A stretch of 63,845 nucleotides of DNA, filler included, from Octopus bimaculoides (GCF_001194135.2; 5 parts of 4 records of this genome joined end to end with filler, not necessarily neighbours in it); one strand, 5' to 3'. Positions 1 through 14,304 are shown, counted from the whole stretch's first letter. Made by a program: numbers and translations. Notes: generated by a model not told the origin, from the letters alone.

Positions 1-1639
1 TTCTCTTCAGGAAAATGAAGAAATAAAACTTGTCAATAAGACATTTTAACAGAATATGTCTTATTGACAAATTTAGTTTTATTTCTTCATTTCCCTGAAG
101 GGAAGATTACATTGTTTTACACCATTTTATTCCTTTGGAATAATACCAGTGATATCTTCGAAACATGTGTCGGAAATAAAAGAATTTGAATAACACCTGC
201 GTTTAATTCCATTTATTTATTTATATATATTATACAAAATATTTCACATAAACCTGGAGTTTCTACCTTTAAAAACAAGGTGTTGCGCCCTTTTTACTTG
301 TGTGATTTTTGCTACCCTGGTAACTGTTCATCTATTTTTTCTGAGTTAATTGTAAAGAAGGGAAAAATACACACACGCACACACATACATGCATATATGA
401 GTATAGGATGTCACCAACTGTGCAAACAACATGAAATACATAAACAAATGAGCCAAATACACAAACAACGAGAAACAAATGGAAAACAGGACAAGTAAAC
501 ACAGAGGAAGGACCTTTCATCAGTTGTTGGCTGGCTATCTAGTCATTTTGAGCATTCAACAACAATATGAGTCTTCAAAGACAGTTGCTCCCATAAATTC
601 TAAAATAAACTTTAGGATTTATGGAGGGTCAAAGTTGGGAGCAAAAACACGACAGTGGCGACATACAAGGAAACTGAATGAAAACAGAGGGTCGTTAGAC
701 CAGAACATGAGGAAAATAGTGAATGCTGGGAGAAACATTTTTTTGAAAAGACAAAAGATAGAAGTGAGAGAGAGAGAAACACGTCTGTTCTTTTGAACTT
801 CTGTGCAGGAAAAGAAAGATAGTCATATGAGGAAAAGAAAGATGGACGATGGTCATGTGTGAGCAATGAGAGAGAGAGAGAGAGAGAGAGGGAGGGAGAG
901 AAAAAGAGAAGGAAGAGAGAGAGAGAGACAGACAGAAAATGGTGAAACAGTGGAAGTGAGCTAGAATGTTAAAACTTAGTGTGCATGCACAGCAGAATTC
1001 AAGATCAATCTGTGCCAAGCAACTTCACTCTGCATGCTTTAGCTTTGTTACTTTGGCAACAGTCCAAATACTTATTGATCAGCCCTCGTATTAATGTCTG
1101 TTTTCATGTTTAGTTATAATTATAATAAAAATAATTGTACATTAATCTGAGGAAGTTACTCTATACTTTTGTAGAGTACAAGTTTATTCTCAAACAAGAA
1201 TATTGTTGACAGTGACTTTGAAGTTTCAGTCAGTTCAGCTGTCATACATATATATTTATGTATATGTAACAAATGATAGAGACAGAAAATGGAATACACG
1301 AGAAACTTTATTGCTCCCAACAATCATTTCAACCTATCCTGCATCGATCCCTCACAGATGGGATACTATACAACTGGTTGTGGTACACCTCCCAGTGCAG
1401 AAGTGTCTCATCAAGTGATTTTACAAGGGGAATCTCATTAAATGAACCTTGTTTTGCTTAGTTTTGAAACAGCCTGCTGTTAGTGACCATAGGTTTAAGC
1501 CCCTTGGGCAGCAATGTGTGTGTGTGTGTGTGTGTGTGCATGTGTGTGTGTGTTTGCATCTTCTTATCTTGATATTGTATGCTAATCGTAAACAAATGTC
1601 ACCATCATACAATAGGTGTTGTTTGCAATTTTTCATGAA

Positions 1640-1885
1640 AGCATTTCTAGCTATTGCAAGAGAAATTAGTTGCTGTGTGCAAGAGAGAAGACTACACTGG
1701 TTTGGTCATGTGATGCAGAGGGATGCCAATAGCTCCACAAAGAAGTGCTGATTTCCCAAAGTGGATGGAACACATGGAAGTGGAAGACCTAGGAAGACAT
1801 GGAATGAACTACTGAAGAACAACTTCAGGAAGCTGAACCTTTCAGGCAAGATGACAAAGGAGTGAGATACCTGGTGCCTGGCTGT
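1640..1885 (+). mobile_element. 3' end of an RTE-clade LINE ORF (5'-truncated relic)
   Basis: Translates as VQERRLHWFGHVMQRDAN..KKC..VDGTHGSGRPRKTWNELLK, the typical RTE C-terminal 'LRWFGHV..R...GRP.KTW' signature, with an in-frame stop. It continues into the 3' UTR described next. Confidence 0.85.
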
Positions 1886-2255
1886 GCTCAAGAAAACTTA
1901 TACCCCCAGCAGAAGTGCTAAGACCAATCCTTCTGGTAGTGCAAAGCACTCAGGGCAATGCTATGTAAAAGTGCCCGTGCAGTGCCATGTGAAAGCACTG
2001 ATGCAGCAATACATAAAAGCACCTGTGCAGCATCACATAAAAGTGCCTGTGCGGTGCCACATAAAAGCACCTGTGCAGCGTCATGTAAAAGTGCCCATGC
2101 GGTATCATATAAAAGCACCCAGCATACTCTGTAAAGTGGTTGGCATTAGGAAGGGCATCCAGCCTTAGAAACCATGCCAAATCAGACTGGAGTCTGGCAC
2201 AGCTCACTAGCTTGCCAGCTTTGGTCACAAAGGACATTAAATGATGATGATGATG
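1886..2255 (+). mobile_element. RTE LINE 3' UTR / family C retroposon end, with a 24-bp minisatellite and a (GAT)n tail
   Basis: About 7 units of consensus CAYRTAAAAGCACCYGTGCRGYRY (1962-2122), then the shared block AAAGTGGTTGGCATTAGGAAGGGCATCCAGC and TTAAATGATGATGATG. The same block recurs about 13 times in the window. Confidence 0.75.
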
Positions 2256-2402
2256 TACTGTTTGGGTTCTAGGGATGAGGAGAAATACTACCATGCTTAG
2301 AAACAAGTGAGAATTTAGTAACAGGAAGAGTGTCTTGACAGAGAAAAATTAGCCTCAATGAGTTTTGTCTGAATCATGCAAACATTGAAAAGTGGACTTT
2401 AA

Positions 2403-2730
2403 AATGATGATTATGACAACAACGACAACAATGATGATGACGATGGCAATGATGATGAAGATGATGATGATGGTGATTGACAACAACGATGAAGATGACA
2501 TTAACAGCAACGATGACGACAACGACCACTAAGATTATGTTAACAACGATGATGATCACAACAATGACAACAGCAATGATGATGATGATGATGATGACCA
2601 TGACAGTGATGATAAAGACAACAATGATAACAATGATGCTAATGTTGATAGTAATGATAAAGATGACGACTACGATAATGACGATAATGACGACAATGAT
2701 GATGATGATGATGATGAGGTGATGATAACT
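2403..2730 (+). repeat. Compound trinucleotide array (GAT/GAC/AAC)n expanded from a retroposon tail
   Basis: Begins directly after a family C terminus (CATGCAAAC..GAAAAGTGGAC.TTAAAATGATG). Confidence 0.85.
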
Positions 2731-2984
2731 ACATTGGAATGCCTTCACAGAAAGTAAAACACTGAGAAATTTTTACTCATTGACCTTTGAGATTCCTTCA
2801 GTGCATTCATTATTACCCATGCACTTGGAAATGTGCTTCTGTTTTTCTCATTTGTATGGTCATCCAGTGTAAATATACAAAAGATTGGTCAGTGTCTCAG
2901 AACTTTTGCTGTGACAAGTTCTATATGTTTAAACACCTGCCACAGTTTTTGTTAATTATATATATTGGCACAAGTGTGGCTGTA

Positions 2985-3345
2985 TAGTAAGAAGTTTGCT
3001 TTTCAGCTACACAGTTTCAGGTTCAGTCTCAGTGCATGACACCTTGGGCAAGTGTCTTCTACTGTAGCCTTGAGCTGACCAAAGCCTTGTGAGTGGATTT
3101 GGTAGATGGAAACTGAAAGAGACCCATCATCTTTGTGTCTGTGTTTGTCCTACACTGCTGCTTGACAACCAATGTTGGTGTGTTTACATCCCCATAACTT
3201 AGTGGTTCAGCAAAAGATATCAATAGAATAAGTACCAGGCTTAAAAAAATAATTACTGGGGTTGATTCGTTTGACTAAATTTCTCCAAGGTGGTGCCCCA
3301 GCATGGCCACAGTCAAATGATGAACAATTAAAAGATTAAAAGATT
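2985..3345 (+). mobile_element. tRNA-derived SINE, family A (diverged, CpG-decayed copy)
   Basis: Head TGGCTGT..AGTAAGAAG / GGTTCAGTC, body CCTTGGGCAAGTGTCTTCTACT, tail CCCCAGCATGGCCACAGTCAAATGA. Confidence 0.85.
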
Positions 3346-3369
3346 ATATCTTTTGCCTCTTTCATCTTT

Positions 3370-3790
3370 TGCTTTTTTCAGTCACTGGACTGCAGCCATG
3401 CTGGGGCACACCTTAGAGAAGTTTAGTCAAACGAATCAACCTCGGCACTTTTTTTTTTAAAGCATGGTACTTACTTTATCAGTCTCTTTTGCCAAACTGC
3501 TAAGTAACAAGTACATAAACAAACCAACACTGGTTGTCAAGCAGTGGTGGGAGACAAACACAAACACAGACATAACACACACACACATACATACATACAT
3601 ACATACACACATATACATTGAACTTCTTTCAGTTTCTGTTTTGCCAAATCCACTCATAAGGCTTTGATCAGCATGAGGCTATGGTAGAAGACACTTGCCC
3701 AAGGTGCCATGCAGTGTGACTGGGGACTGAGCCTGAGGCCATATGGTCGAGAAGTAATCTTCCAAAACTCACAGCCATACCTGCACCTAT
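3370..3790 (-). mobile_element. SINE family A, reverse copy, tail-to-tail with the 2985 copy
   Basis: Reverse complement of the family A consensus, including the internal (CA/TA)n tract. Confidence 0.85.
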
Positions 3791-3834
3791 ATATATGTGT
3801 GTGCGTGTGTCTTGTATCTTTTATCTTTTACTTA

Positions 3835-4222
3835 TTTCAATCATTAGACTGCAGCCATGCTGGGGCACTGCCTTGAATTATTTGTTTAGTCAAATGAATT
3901 GACCCCAGTACTTCTTTTTTAAGGCTGGTGCTTATTCTATTGGTCTCTTTGCTGAACTGCTAAGTTATAGGGATGCAAACACACCTACACTGGTTGCCAA
4001 GCAGTGGTGGGGCAACAAACACAGACAAAGACACACATACATGGATATACATGTATACATATATACAATGGGCTTCTTCTAATTTTCATCTGCCAAATCT
4101 ACTCACAGGGTTTTGGTCAGCCCAAGGCTATAGTAGAAGACACTTACCCAAGGTGCCATGCAGTGGGACTGAACCCAGAACTATGTGGTTGGGAAATAAG
4201 CTTCTTATCACACACAGCCATA
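3835..4222 (-). mobile_element. SINE family A, reverse copy
   Basis: Same consensus. It accounts for ORFs 3973..4230 and 4004..4237. Confidence 0.85.
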
Positions 4223-6094
4223 TATTTTAAAGTTTGATCTACGAGTGAATATATATTTGGATGTGGCAACTGTTGCTAAGTAAGAAACATTCATGACTTT
4301 TTTTATAGAATCTAATGTTACATGACTTTACTGTAAAAAGAAATGAAAACCTTCCATCAAGGTTTTATGTTAACATATGTTCCAAACATCAACTTAATAG
4401 CTACTAAGTTATTTCACTAAATTCTTCATCATTTTCAAAATTAATTGAAACAGAGGCAACATATTTCAACTGAAATAGTTAATGCATGCTCATGTTGAAA
4501 AGTCTATGATAATAATGTATTTATATTACTGTCAATGTCATGTTTGTATTCATAGAATGTATGTTATATAATGAGGAAACCTTTTTTTGTAATCACCTTT
4601 AAATCTTGCTCTGTAAATTTTCATTAAGTAAAGGGAAAATTCAGTATTGATGTCATGTTGGTATTGAACAGTTCAGTTCTTATGACCTGCTAATTACATA
4701 TGTTAATATCACTAATTGAAGGCCAATGTTTTAAAAGTACATATTTACCAATGATGCATTGCATTTTCTAGTAAAACTGTTAGAGTGACTGAAGATGCTG
4801 GAAAATCAATAGCTGTAAAGAAAAACGAAAATTAAGTGTAGATGTACTTTTAATGTATTTGGAAAACAATGTTTGAGTGTATGATCAGTGTGGATTCAGC
4901 TTGCCTGATAAAATGGCTTCAGGCCATATAATTCACTGAGTTGAACATGATTTTAACATATATAGTTGTTCTATCATCTTTGGTCTGAATGTTTAGAGCA
5001 GTGAATTTCACTAAAGGCAGTCAAGGACCATAGTGATGATTTATAGTTAATCTCCAAATCAGCCATGATCTAGCTATTATCTATGATCAGAGGGTTTGAA
5101 ACTGTAACCAGTCCTTTTTTTTCTTCTGATATAATGTATCTGAGACTAAATCATCTACTGTGCTATTCAGCTTTTTAAGACAACTGGGTATGATATAAAA
5201 AAAAGTTGTCTGCTGTTTCTAGCAAGTGGAGCAACCCATTGGCTTCTTGTAAAACTGAATGGTGTGAACCAAATGTAAACACAAAATTGCATGTTTGTCT
5301 TGAGAAAGCTTCTCATATAGATGTATAGTGCTGAAAAGCACAGAAATGTATCAGTAGAAGATGAAAAATGTCCAGCAGTGGTGGTGGAATTGTTAGATTT
5401 GAATTTCTATGTCTTTTCACATCATCAGTAGCAAGTTTCCACTATCAACTGCATGCCTAGACAAATTTAGCCTGTACTGATATAGAAAAACAATGATTGA
5501 CAAATCACTAGTGTCATAAATTGATGGTGACCTGGGTAAAAGTTCATTACTCATCTATAAAACATATATAGTGCTGCAGCGGAATGACATATGTGATATT
5601 CTCTGAGTTTTTAGCAAAACAGCATTGCTAACAGAAAGACTTGATTTACAATTGTTATAGCTCACCAGTTTCTGCTTAAGTAATAAATTACAGCAATGTT
5701 GAAACTGTTTCTGAATTTACAAATGGGTGAATTATTTTTCAGATGTAAAATGAAGCCAGTCTATGTGGTAAATTGGTAGGTAATAAGAATGGCGTCCGAC
5801 TTAACATTAGAATGAAATACTCCATTAATATTCTGAGCTGTCTGTGATGCTGTATTTCCAAGAAAGAACTCATATTTCAAAACTGTATGAATTTCTGATT
5901 TATCCATTTCTAAACAAAATACTTTATAAAATGCAAAATGAGTTAGAATAAAGAGATAGATGTGTCAGCTTTCTAACAAAAAATAAAGATTATCAAAATA
6001 TAATAATGGCACAAAATGAGCAGCTGTCAAAGTTTACCATATACCTTACTACAAATTTCATACTTGACGACCTAATATAATATTTGCATAACAT

Positions 6095-6310
6095 CAGGGT
6101 GGCAAGCTGGCTGAATCATTAGGATGCTGAACAAAATGCTTAGTGGTATTTTGTCTGTCTTTACATCCTGAGTTCAAATTCTGCTGAGGTTGACCTTTGT
6201 TCTTTTGGGGTCGATAAAATAAGTAACAGTTGAACACTGGGATCAATGTAATTGACTTAACCTCTCTCCCAAAATCGCTGGCCTTGTGCCAAAATTTGAA
6301 AGCAATATTT
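6095..6310 (+). mobile_element. tRNA-derived SINE, family B (ATT-tailed)
   Basis: GGCAAGCTGGCTGAATCATTAG...GAGTTCAAATTCTGCTGAGGTTGAC...GGGGTCGATAAAATAAGTA, matching copies at 31453, 32150, 39320, 50200, 50420, 54030 and 54250. Confidence 0.75.
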
Positions 6311-7539
6311 ATATAACATCATTCTGTCATAATGTCTTTCAAAGCTAATAACACATGGAGTCACTGCTCCTCACAGAAATACTGTAGCAATTAGGGTTTA
6401 CACCCCCATTTACACTTAAAATACAAGCATCTCTATGAGGATTCATTTCAGGATTCTCAGCTGTAGTCTCTTGTTTCAGTTAATTTAATGGAACCCAGTA
6501 CATGACAAGTATTTTATTTTATTGATCTCAGAAAGATACAAAGTTGACCTAACTCTACACCACAAGACAATTTGTCCAAGACTAATGGGTTTATCATTTC
6601 CCCACCTGTCAATACATTCATATATTTAAAACTCACATAGTTTGGCTGTGGAATAAATATTGGTTAATATTCTTGGTTTTCTGCAAAATGGTACTGGTAG
6701 TTGAGAATTTGGTTTTTGCAATCTTTATTGCTCCAGAATTTTTCGTTAACATCAGTCTTCTCATGAGAAAATGACAACTTATTGAAACTGTTGTCTATTT
6801 GGTACATGGATAAGCTAATTTACAGATTGGTAATTGTTTAATAACTGGTAAAAGCACTCCTTATACCAAATATAAACTGGCAATTAAAAATATTAATTTG
6901 TATGCTTAGAATATGTATTATTAAGCCTTCCACTTTAGGACCAGAAAATAGTTCAGTACAGAACAGCACATTTTTCATAGCTTAAATGAGAGCCACAATT
7001 ACATAATGATACTGATCTCATATTTAGGATAGTGCTGCTACTGCACATTCACAGACATTCACAGACATTCTGGACAGCAACCCATCCAAAAAAAAGGCCC
7101 TTTATATTCGGCAGGAAGTCACAACTGTCCCCTCACTCTGCTTTTTTTGCTGATTCTACAGTGGCCTCTACTTTTTAGAGTTGGCTGGTCTCACGTCACT
7201 TTCTCCAATGCATTCCAAACTCACTTGTCTCTCCTCTCATCACCAATATTGTCTTCCCCCAAAATGGCCTTGCATCAAACATACCAATCCTTCCGAGCCA
7301 AAATGTTGACCCACTGGAATTAATTTTCTGCTCACGTTCCCCTGTAACTCACTACTTGTTGTTAATGCAGAACATTAACTGCAGTGCTTAGATAGAAACA
7401 TCCTTTGTACAGACACTATGTAGTATAAGGAGAAAAGTGAAATTTCTCTCAGAAAGCCTTCTACCATTTTTACATGTTTAGGTCCTGACTCTGAAGATAT
7501 TGAGTCCCTACAAAGAGAGGAATGGCAAGTGGTCTCTCT

Positions 7540-7571
<32 letters not shown>

Positions 7572-7644
7572 CTATGTGCATGTGTGTGTGCATGTGTGCG
7601 TATATAAATATATATATGTATGCATAGTATATATGTGTGTATTC

Positions 7645-7681
<37 letters not shown>

Positions 7682-7847
7682 TACATACATACATACATAT
7701 ATATGTCTGTGTGTTGTGTATATAAAATATACATATATATGCATACACATGAATATATAGGCAGGTATGTATGCAGATATATGTGTATGAATATGTGTCT
7801 GTGTATAATATATATTTTCTTTCTTAAATGTAAAAATTTAAAACTTT

Positions 7848-7878
<31 letters not shown>

Positions 7879-10409
7879 NNNNNNNNNNNNNNNNNNNNNN
7901 NNNNNNNNNNNNNNNNNNNNNNNNNNNNNNNNNNNNNNNNNNNNNNNNNNNNNNNNNNNNNNNNATATGTATATATGTGCGTATGTGTATTTTCTCTGCG
8001 TATGCATGTCTAAATGTTGTGTGATCTCTACCTATCTATAAGAAGAGAGAGAGAGAGAGAGAGAGAGACGGAGGGAGAGGGGGGGAGAGGGGGAGTGAGA
8101 GAGGGGGAGAGAGAGAGTGAGAGAGAGTGAGAGAGAAATATCCACACAAGTACAGACATGCAGAAATTTATGAATCCACATCATTATAATATTCATGATG
8201 TAATACACGTGTGTACGCGCGCACACGCGCACGCACGCACTCACAGACCTGTACAAGTTACTATGGAAGGAGAGAATGTATACATCCAGTTATTTTACTT
8301 AATACAGTGGATGAAGAGAAGAAATATTTTCTATCGACCTTCTAGTGCAAGTGACTCAGCAAACAGAGGTTTATTTATTCCAGTTTGGCTGTATTTACGA
8401 AGAAAAGCAGATAGTCAGAGAGAACACGGCAAGAAGTGTTCTGACATGAATTGTATCAATCCCAACCCTAGCTTTATAGTCATGCAAATATTTAAACCTT
8501 AAATGAAAATGAACTTCATGACACAGGCTTAGTTGTTGAGTAACCCTTGGTTAATTCTGATTTATGATGAAAGCAATCTGGTGCTTCACACATGTCTCTC
8601 TAAGACTACATTATTGAACGTATCTTGGGTATGATATGGAGATTTGTTTGTTATCTTTTATTTTTTACTTGTCTTAGTCATTGGACTGCGGCCATGCTGG
8701 GACACTGCCTTAATAGGTTTAATCAGATAAATCAACTCCAATGCTTATTTTTTTAATCTGGTAGTTATTCTATCAGCCTCTTTCACCAAACCATTATTTT
8801 ACAGGGCAGTAAACAAACCAACACCAATTAACAAGCATTGGAAGGCCAAACACAAACAAAAAGACATATAACTACACACATACACATACACACACACACA
8901 CACGCAGACACACATACATTCACACATGCACTCATGCACACACATGCACATAACCAGAATGCTGAGAGCCAGAATAAATACGTGATGGTAGCTTTCCTGA
9001 TTCTCAAACATGTCTGCCACTCTACCGTCAACCATTGGCACTATTTTTATTGGCCCCCAAAAGGCACTTGAACTCAGGGTACAGTGAGTCAAGCCCTCAA
9101 CGCTTTCTGGCTGGGACTGGCATACTACACAAAGCATAAGACATCAACTTTCAGCTTTTGTAGAGTAGAGGACCCCATTGACAATTCTCTATTTGGGCCC
9201 CACACTTCCTAGTGCCAGCCCTGATTGTAGATTTGGTCTCTATCTCTAACAAGTGGAGCTACCATGATGCCTAGGGGACTCATAACTTCAAGAATGTATT
9301 AAACTATGGTAGATTACAAACTATTTCATTGATAATATATGTTCCTGAAATGAAATAAAATTTTTCAAAGATGAGAACTAATACAAGATCATCTCTTTCA
9401 GATTGATCAATATCAGTGAATCAATCAAGGAATTGAATTTACACTTCTCTTTTATATAAAGAATATAAACAATTGAGTCAGTTGGAATAATAGAATTTTA
9501 TCAATAAAACATGCTTCCTTCTTTATTCTTTCTAATGAAATGCGATGTTTTAATTGTGTGGATTATTCTAGAAGCTGAAACAGCCACAGCTTTGAATCTT
9601 GATTTTGCATCATTGTTGTCAGTCACAGCAGTCATCCTTGTTATCCTCCTCCTCCTTCTTCCTACCCTTCCTCCATCTTATTCTCCTCATTCTCCCTCCT
9701 ACTTCAGCCTGGTACTTATTCTATCAATATCTTATGCCATACTGCTAAATTATGTAGATATAAACAAACCCAAACACTGGTTGTCAAGTGGCAGTGAGAG
9801 AAAGACACACACACACACACACACACTTCTGAATTGAAACAGCTGTAAGCGATGTCATATTTTCTAATTAATAAATAATTTTATTAATTACCTCTCCATT
9901 TTCTCTTTATTCTCTAAATATATATATATATGAGCCATGGTTCATCTGGTTACCTTATAGTTGATCTTTCTATAGATTGGTAACTAACCAGTATTTTCAT
10001 TAGATTTATGATCCCTTAATGAAGTTTATTACCTTTACTTGATATGTGTGTGTATGTATGCATATATATACACACATGCATACACACACACAATAGGCTT
10101 TGAGATTCCATCTACTAAATCCACCCACAAGACTTTGGTCAACCTGATAGTTATAGTAGAAAACACTTGTCCAAGGTTCCATGCAGTGGGACTGAACCAG
10201 GCCGAGAAGCAAACTTCTTACCACATCTGCTACACAGTCACACCTGTTTTATTGATTATTTTCTTACATTAATTTTAGTAAAAACATGAACTTGTATTCT
10301 TAGGTCTGAAATGTGCTACTGTACTAGTTAGTCTATCTCAATCCCTGAAATAACTAGAAATTCTAACTTAAATATTTCTGTGTCTTGTTACCTTACTGGT
10401 TATACTTAC

Positions 10410-10484
10410 GTTGACAAAGAATTTTAGTTTGAGCATGCTCAACATTGAAGAGGTGCCAAACTGTACTAAGTTTAAAGATTTGAC
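10410..10484 (-). CDS. Candidate internal exon of an unidentified gene
   Basis: Perfect donor CAAC|GTAAGTAT at 10409. Acceptor at 10485 (75 nt, phase 1-1, GQIFKLSTVWHLFNVEHAQTKILCQ) or at 10461 (51 nt). No homology recognised. Confidence 0.25.
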
Positions 10485-11429
10485 CTGGTATACTGATACA
10501 TTAATTAAACACTGTTTTTACTGGTTACCAAGTGAATTAATTTTGACTTGTTCACTTGTTGAACCATAGAAGATTGTTTAAAATGATTTATATTGAGCCA
10601 GATCATCCAAATTGAATAAGCAAGATATTTGGAAGGGGTTACTGAGGTTAAGTTTGTTTAAAATTTGGCATATCAGTAGTTAAAAGATTATCATATGTGG
10701 AGAGGAAATAAATATTTATAGCTTATTTTAAGGCTCTCCTTAACTGGTAGAGATAATGTGATTTTGGTTAATATGGTTAATGACATGGCAAAATTTCGCA
10801 GGGACCCTTTCAGTATGAGAAACATACAGTTAGGTTAATGTAGTGTAATGATAACTGAGGGCAAGAAAGTAAGGGTGATAACTCTGAAATATAAATTGCT
10901 AAAAACTTGGAGGGGACAGTGGGCTTCAGTTAGAAGTGAGTCCGATATTTGTAGGTATATTCAGTTTGAACTCTTCTGGAATTGATTAGAATACACATAC
11001 AAGACAAAAGTCTTGTATGTCCTTTGATCCAAGAGATATTGTTTGACATTTTAAAGGTTAGAATATGAGAAAATAGAGGATTTTCAGTAGATCTGATGGT
11101 ATTTATTTGTGTAGAATTTAATGTTAGATATAACAAATATAGCATGGACAGTAATAAGGTGGACATTGGATACAATAATGTTACAGTTGAATGGAGGTTG
11201 TAATGGCATTGAATATAAGAAGGAAGAAGGGAGAGGAGGCAGAGCAAAACAATTAATAGACAAATTAAATGTTAAAAAGCTGTTAGTGGAAGGGATTTAG
11301 GTCACTAAAACTGGGATTTTTCATCCGTTTCTCTGTGCTTAGAATGTCAACGACCATAACTTGTCCACTGACATAGATATGAAATGTTAAGCTGTACTTA
11401 TAGTACATCTATAGATTTTAGCTGATACT

Positions 11430-11870
11430 GCGGGTCTGGATGTGTGGTTAAGGAGCTTGCTTTCCAACCATGTGGTTTGGGGTTCAGTCCCACTGTGAGG
11501 CACATTGGGCAAGTATCTTCTACTATAACATTAAGCCAACCAAAAGCCTTGTGAATGAATTTCATTGATGGAAACTGAAAGAAACCTGTTGTGTGTGTGA
11601 GTATCTGTGTGTTTTGTGAGTGGTGTTTGTATGTACCCTTGTTTAGACGTCACATAATAACTGTAAATTATTCATACCAGCAAGTTTGTTCTTATCCTGT
11701 CTTCAGTGAAAACATGTGTAGCTAAGGGAAAATGTTACCTTGCTTGGAAACAAGTGAAGGTTAGTGAGAAGAAGGGCATCTAGCGGTAAAGAATTGACCT
11801 CAACAAATTCTGTCTGACATGTCAAGCATAGAAAAATGGATGTTAAATAATGATGATGAAGATGATGTAT
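11430..11870 (+). mobile_element. SINE family A-like head with a different body/tail ending in (GAT)n
   Basis: GGATGTGTGGTTAAGGAGCTTGC...GGGTTCAGTCCCACTG...TTGGGCAAGT; the 3' end resembles family C (AAGAAGGGCATCTAGC...GTTAAATAATGATGATG). Confidence 0.7.
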
Positions 11871-12984
11871 GCAGTAGGTAGATGTAAAGATCTTGCCTTT
11901 ACATACAATAATCTTTATGGACTGGTTTCATAAGTGATGTACCCTCTTTAACCGTCTACAGACATACTGCTTATAAACTCACTATATCTAAATTATGGGA
12001 CAGTTGTCCCAAGATTTCTAAATTAAGACATGCAGTCTTCATTTTAAAGGTTATAAAATAAAGAGTATGTAGAAAATGATTTAGCTGCTACATTGGGTGG
12101 ATCAAGTAATCATATAATCTATTTCTGTTGGTACCAGGAATGATATAGGAAAGTATTGCTGGGTTTGGTGGTGAAATACAGAGGATGTAACTGGTGGGAG
12201 TTTTGGACAGGTATCATAACTAGTTGGTATTGAGGAAATGTAGTGATGTATTTAAAGAAGGTAGAAAGATGTATGATGTATTGTGTTAGGCAAAAGAAAA
12301 AGAAGTGAGTATTGAACTCGTTGTTAGGTAAATATGGTGAGTGAAACAGGAATAACTGAAAGAAGTTATAATCAGTCTGTTACAGGAGGTAGAGGTGGGA
12401 TAATTGAACCAGGATGTATCTCATAACCCAGCCTCCTGATTGGATCAATTAGCGATGACCAATCAAACAAGTTTAATGGATTCATTAAACCAACTTATAA
12501 CTGAATACTCTGTAGCCTTTATAGATTAATTGATCTTTGTTGCTATGGTAACATGATCTGATCTTAATGAAATAAACTGTCATTAAAAAAAAAAAAACCA
12601 TGGCTTGTCATTGTTGTAAATATTTTCACAGGTGATAATGTGGAGAATTGGCAGAATTGTCAGAGTGTCGGACAAAATGTGTTGCAATATTTAATTTTGG
12701 ACCTTTATATTCTGGATTCAGATCTACTGAGTTCAGTTTTGTTTCTCCTCCTTCAAAGTACTAGAGTTGATCCGATTTACTGACATTGGTGGTTCCCAGG
12801 CTTTTACAAGAAAGATACTGTAATTTAGAACAAACATCTTTTCAATGCTGTTTGTGCTTTAAACACTTTTAATGTGAAACCCTGAGGCTGCTCCTGATTC
12901 TATGTATGGTACAAGCTTCTTGTTTTAAAGTAATCTAAATTAAAACCCTCCATCAAAATATCAATCTAATTTATCTTCCAAATA

Positions 12985-13390
12985 CATCATCATCATCGTT
13001 TAACGTCCGCTTTCCATGCTAGCATAGGTTGGATGATTTGACTGAGGACTGGTGAACCAGATGGCTACACCAGGCTCCAATTTAATTTGGCAGAGTTTCT
13101 ACAGCTGGATGCCCTTCCTAACGCCAACCACTCCGAGAGTATAGTGGGTGCTTTTATGTGCCACTGGCACGAAGGCCAGTCAGGCGGTACTGGCAATGGC
13201 CATGCTCAAAATAGTGTATTTTACATGCCACCTGCACAGGAGCCAGTCCAGCGGCACTGGCAACGATCTCACTCGAATGTCTTTACATGTGCCACCGGCA
13301 CAAGTGCCAGGAAGGTGACGCTGGGCACAGGTGCTGTCACAATTTCGCTTTCGCTTGCCCCAACAGGTCTTCGCAAGCCAATACAAGCTT
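12985..13390 (-). mobile_element. Family C (RTE 3' UTR-type) retroposon, reverse copy
   Basis: CATCATCATCGTTTAACGTCCGCTTTCCATGC...GGATGCCCTTCCTAACGCCAACCAC. It accounts for ORF 13087..13392. Confidence 0.8.
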
Positions 13391-14304
13391 AACTAAATTC
13401 TTCCTTATTTTCATAATTAATTGAAACAAAGGCAACATATTTCATTAGAAATATGGTTATCAAAGGGTTTAAGGCTAGATAAGTATTTAAACCCCAGTGG
13501 TTACAATATTCTGGTAAGGAGCAGCAGAGATTCCATGTGTTATTAGCTTTGAAAGACATAATAAAGAAAAAATTCCATACAGAAATCCTATTAATCAATG
13601 GAAAATGTGGCATGTTTGTCATCATATCAATGCAAGGAAAGGTTAATAGAAAATAATCACACAATGTTTGTGACATCAGTATTTCCTCCTCTTCCACCGT
13701 CTCTGCCTCCTCCTCCCCCTCTTCATCATATGATGAATCCCACCTCCCCACACCAGAATATGATACCAGAAAATCAGTGGTGTACTTTTCCCAGGAAAAT
13801 TAAAAGCACATTTGATCTTGACAAGATTTGAACTCAGAACACACAACCAGAACAAATATTTGTTTGTAATTTAGGCACAAGGTTAGCAATTTTGAGAGGA
13901 GAGTTAGTTGAAAGCCTTGACCTCAGTACTAATCTGGTGCATTATTTCATCAACCCCTAAAGGATGAAAGGCAACATTGACCTTGGTGGGATTTGAACTT
14001 AGAACAGAAGAAATTTCACACAGAATTTTCCGCCCACACTCTAACAATTCTGCCATCCCATTGCCACTTAATATATAATTTATTGTATTTAAAGCAGTCA
14101 TAAATTTTAAACTATGGCTACAATAAATAAATTACGTCACAGAATAAACATTCTTGTTGATATATATATGTGTGTGGTTAATCAGATGGATTACTGAACC
14201 AGAAAAATCAATTGTTATAAACTTCTTCCTTAACAACATAACATAACAAACATTGTGATGAAATAGCTGTGAGAGTTGAATTATCAGATGACAGGTACAG
14301 AAAC

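Noticed and set aside
1884-2168. Octapeptide-repeat protein (HVKAPVQC) or CRISPR-like array
   Set aside because: 24-bp units abut with no unique spacers and lie in a LINE 3' UTR; the context is eukaryotic.
2374-2748. Poly-Ile/Val 'membrane protein' and poly-Met/Thr ORFs
   Set aside because: Translations of the (GAT/GAC/AAC)n array.
7075-7200. Minus-strand promoter (TATAAAG, ETS-like CTTCC, CRE-like TGACGTGA)
   Set aside because: Short motifs expected by chance, with no convincing downstream exon.
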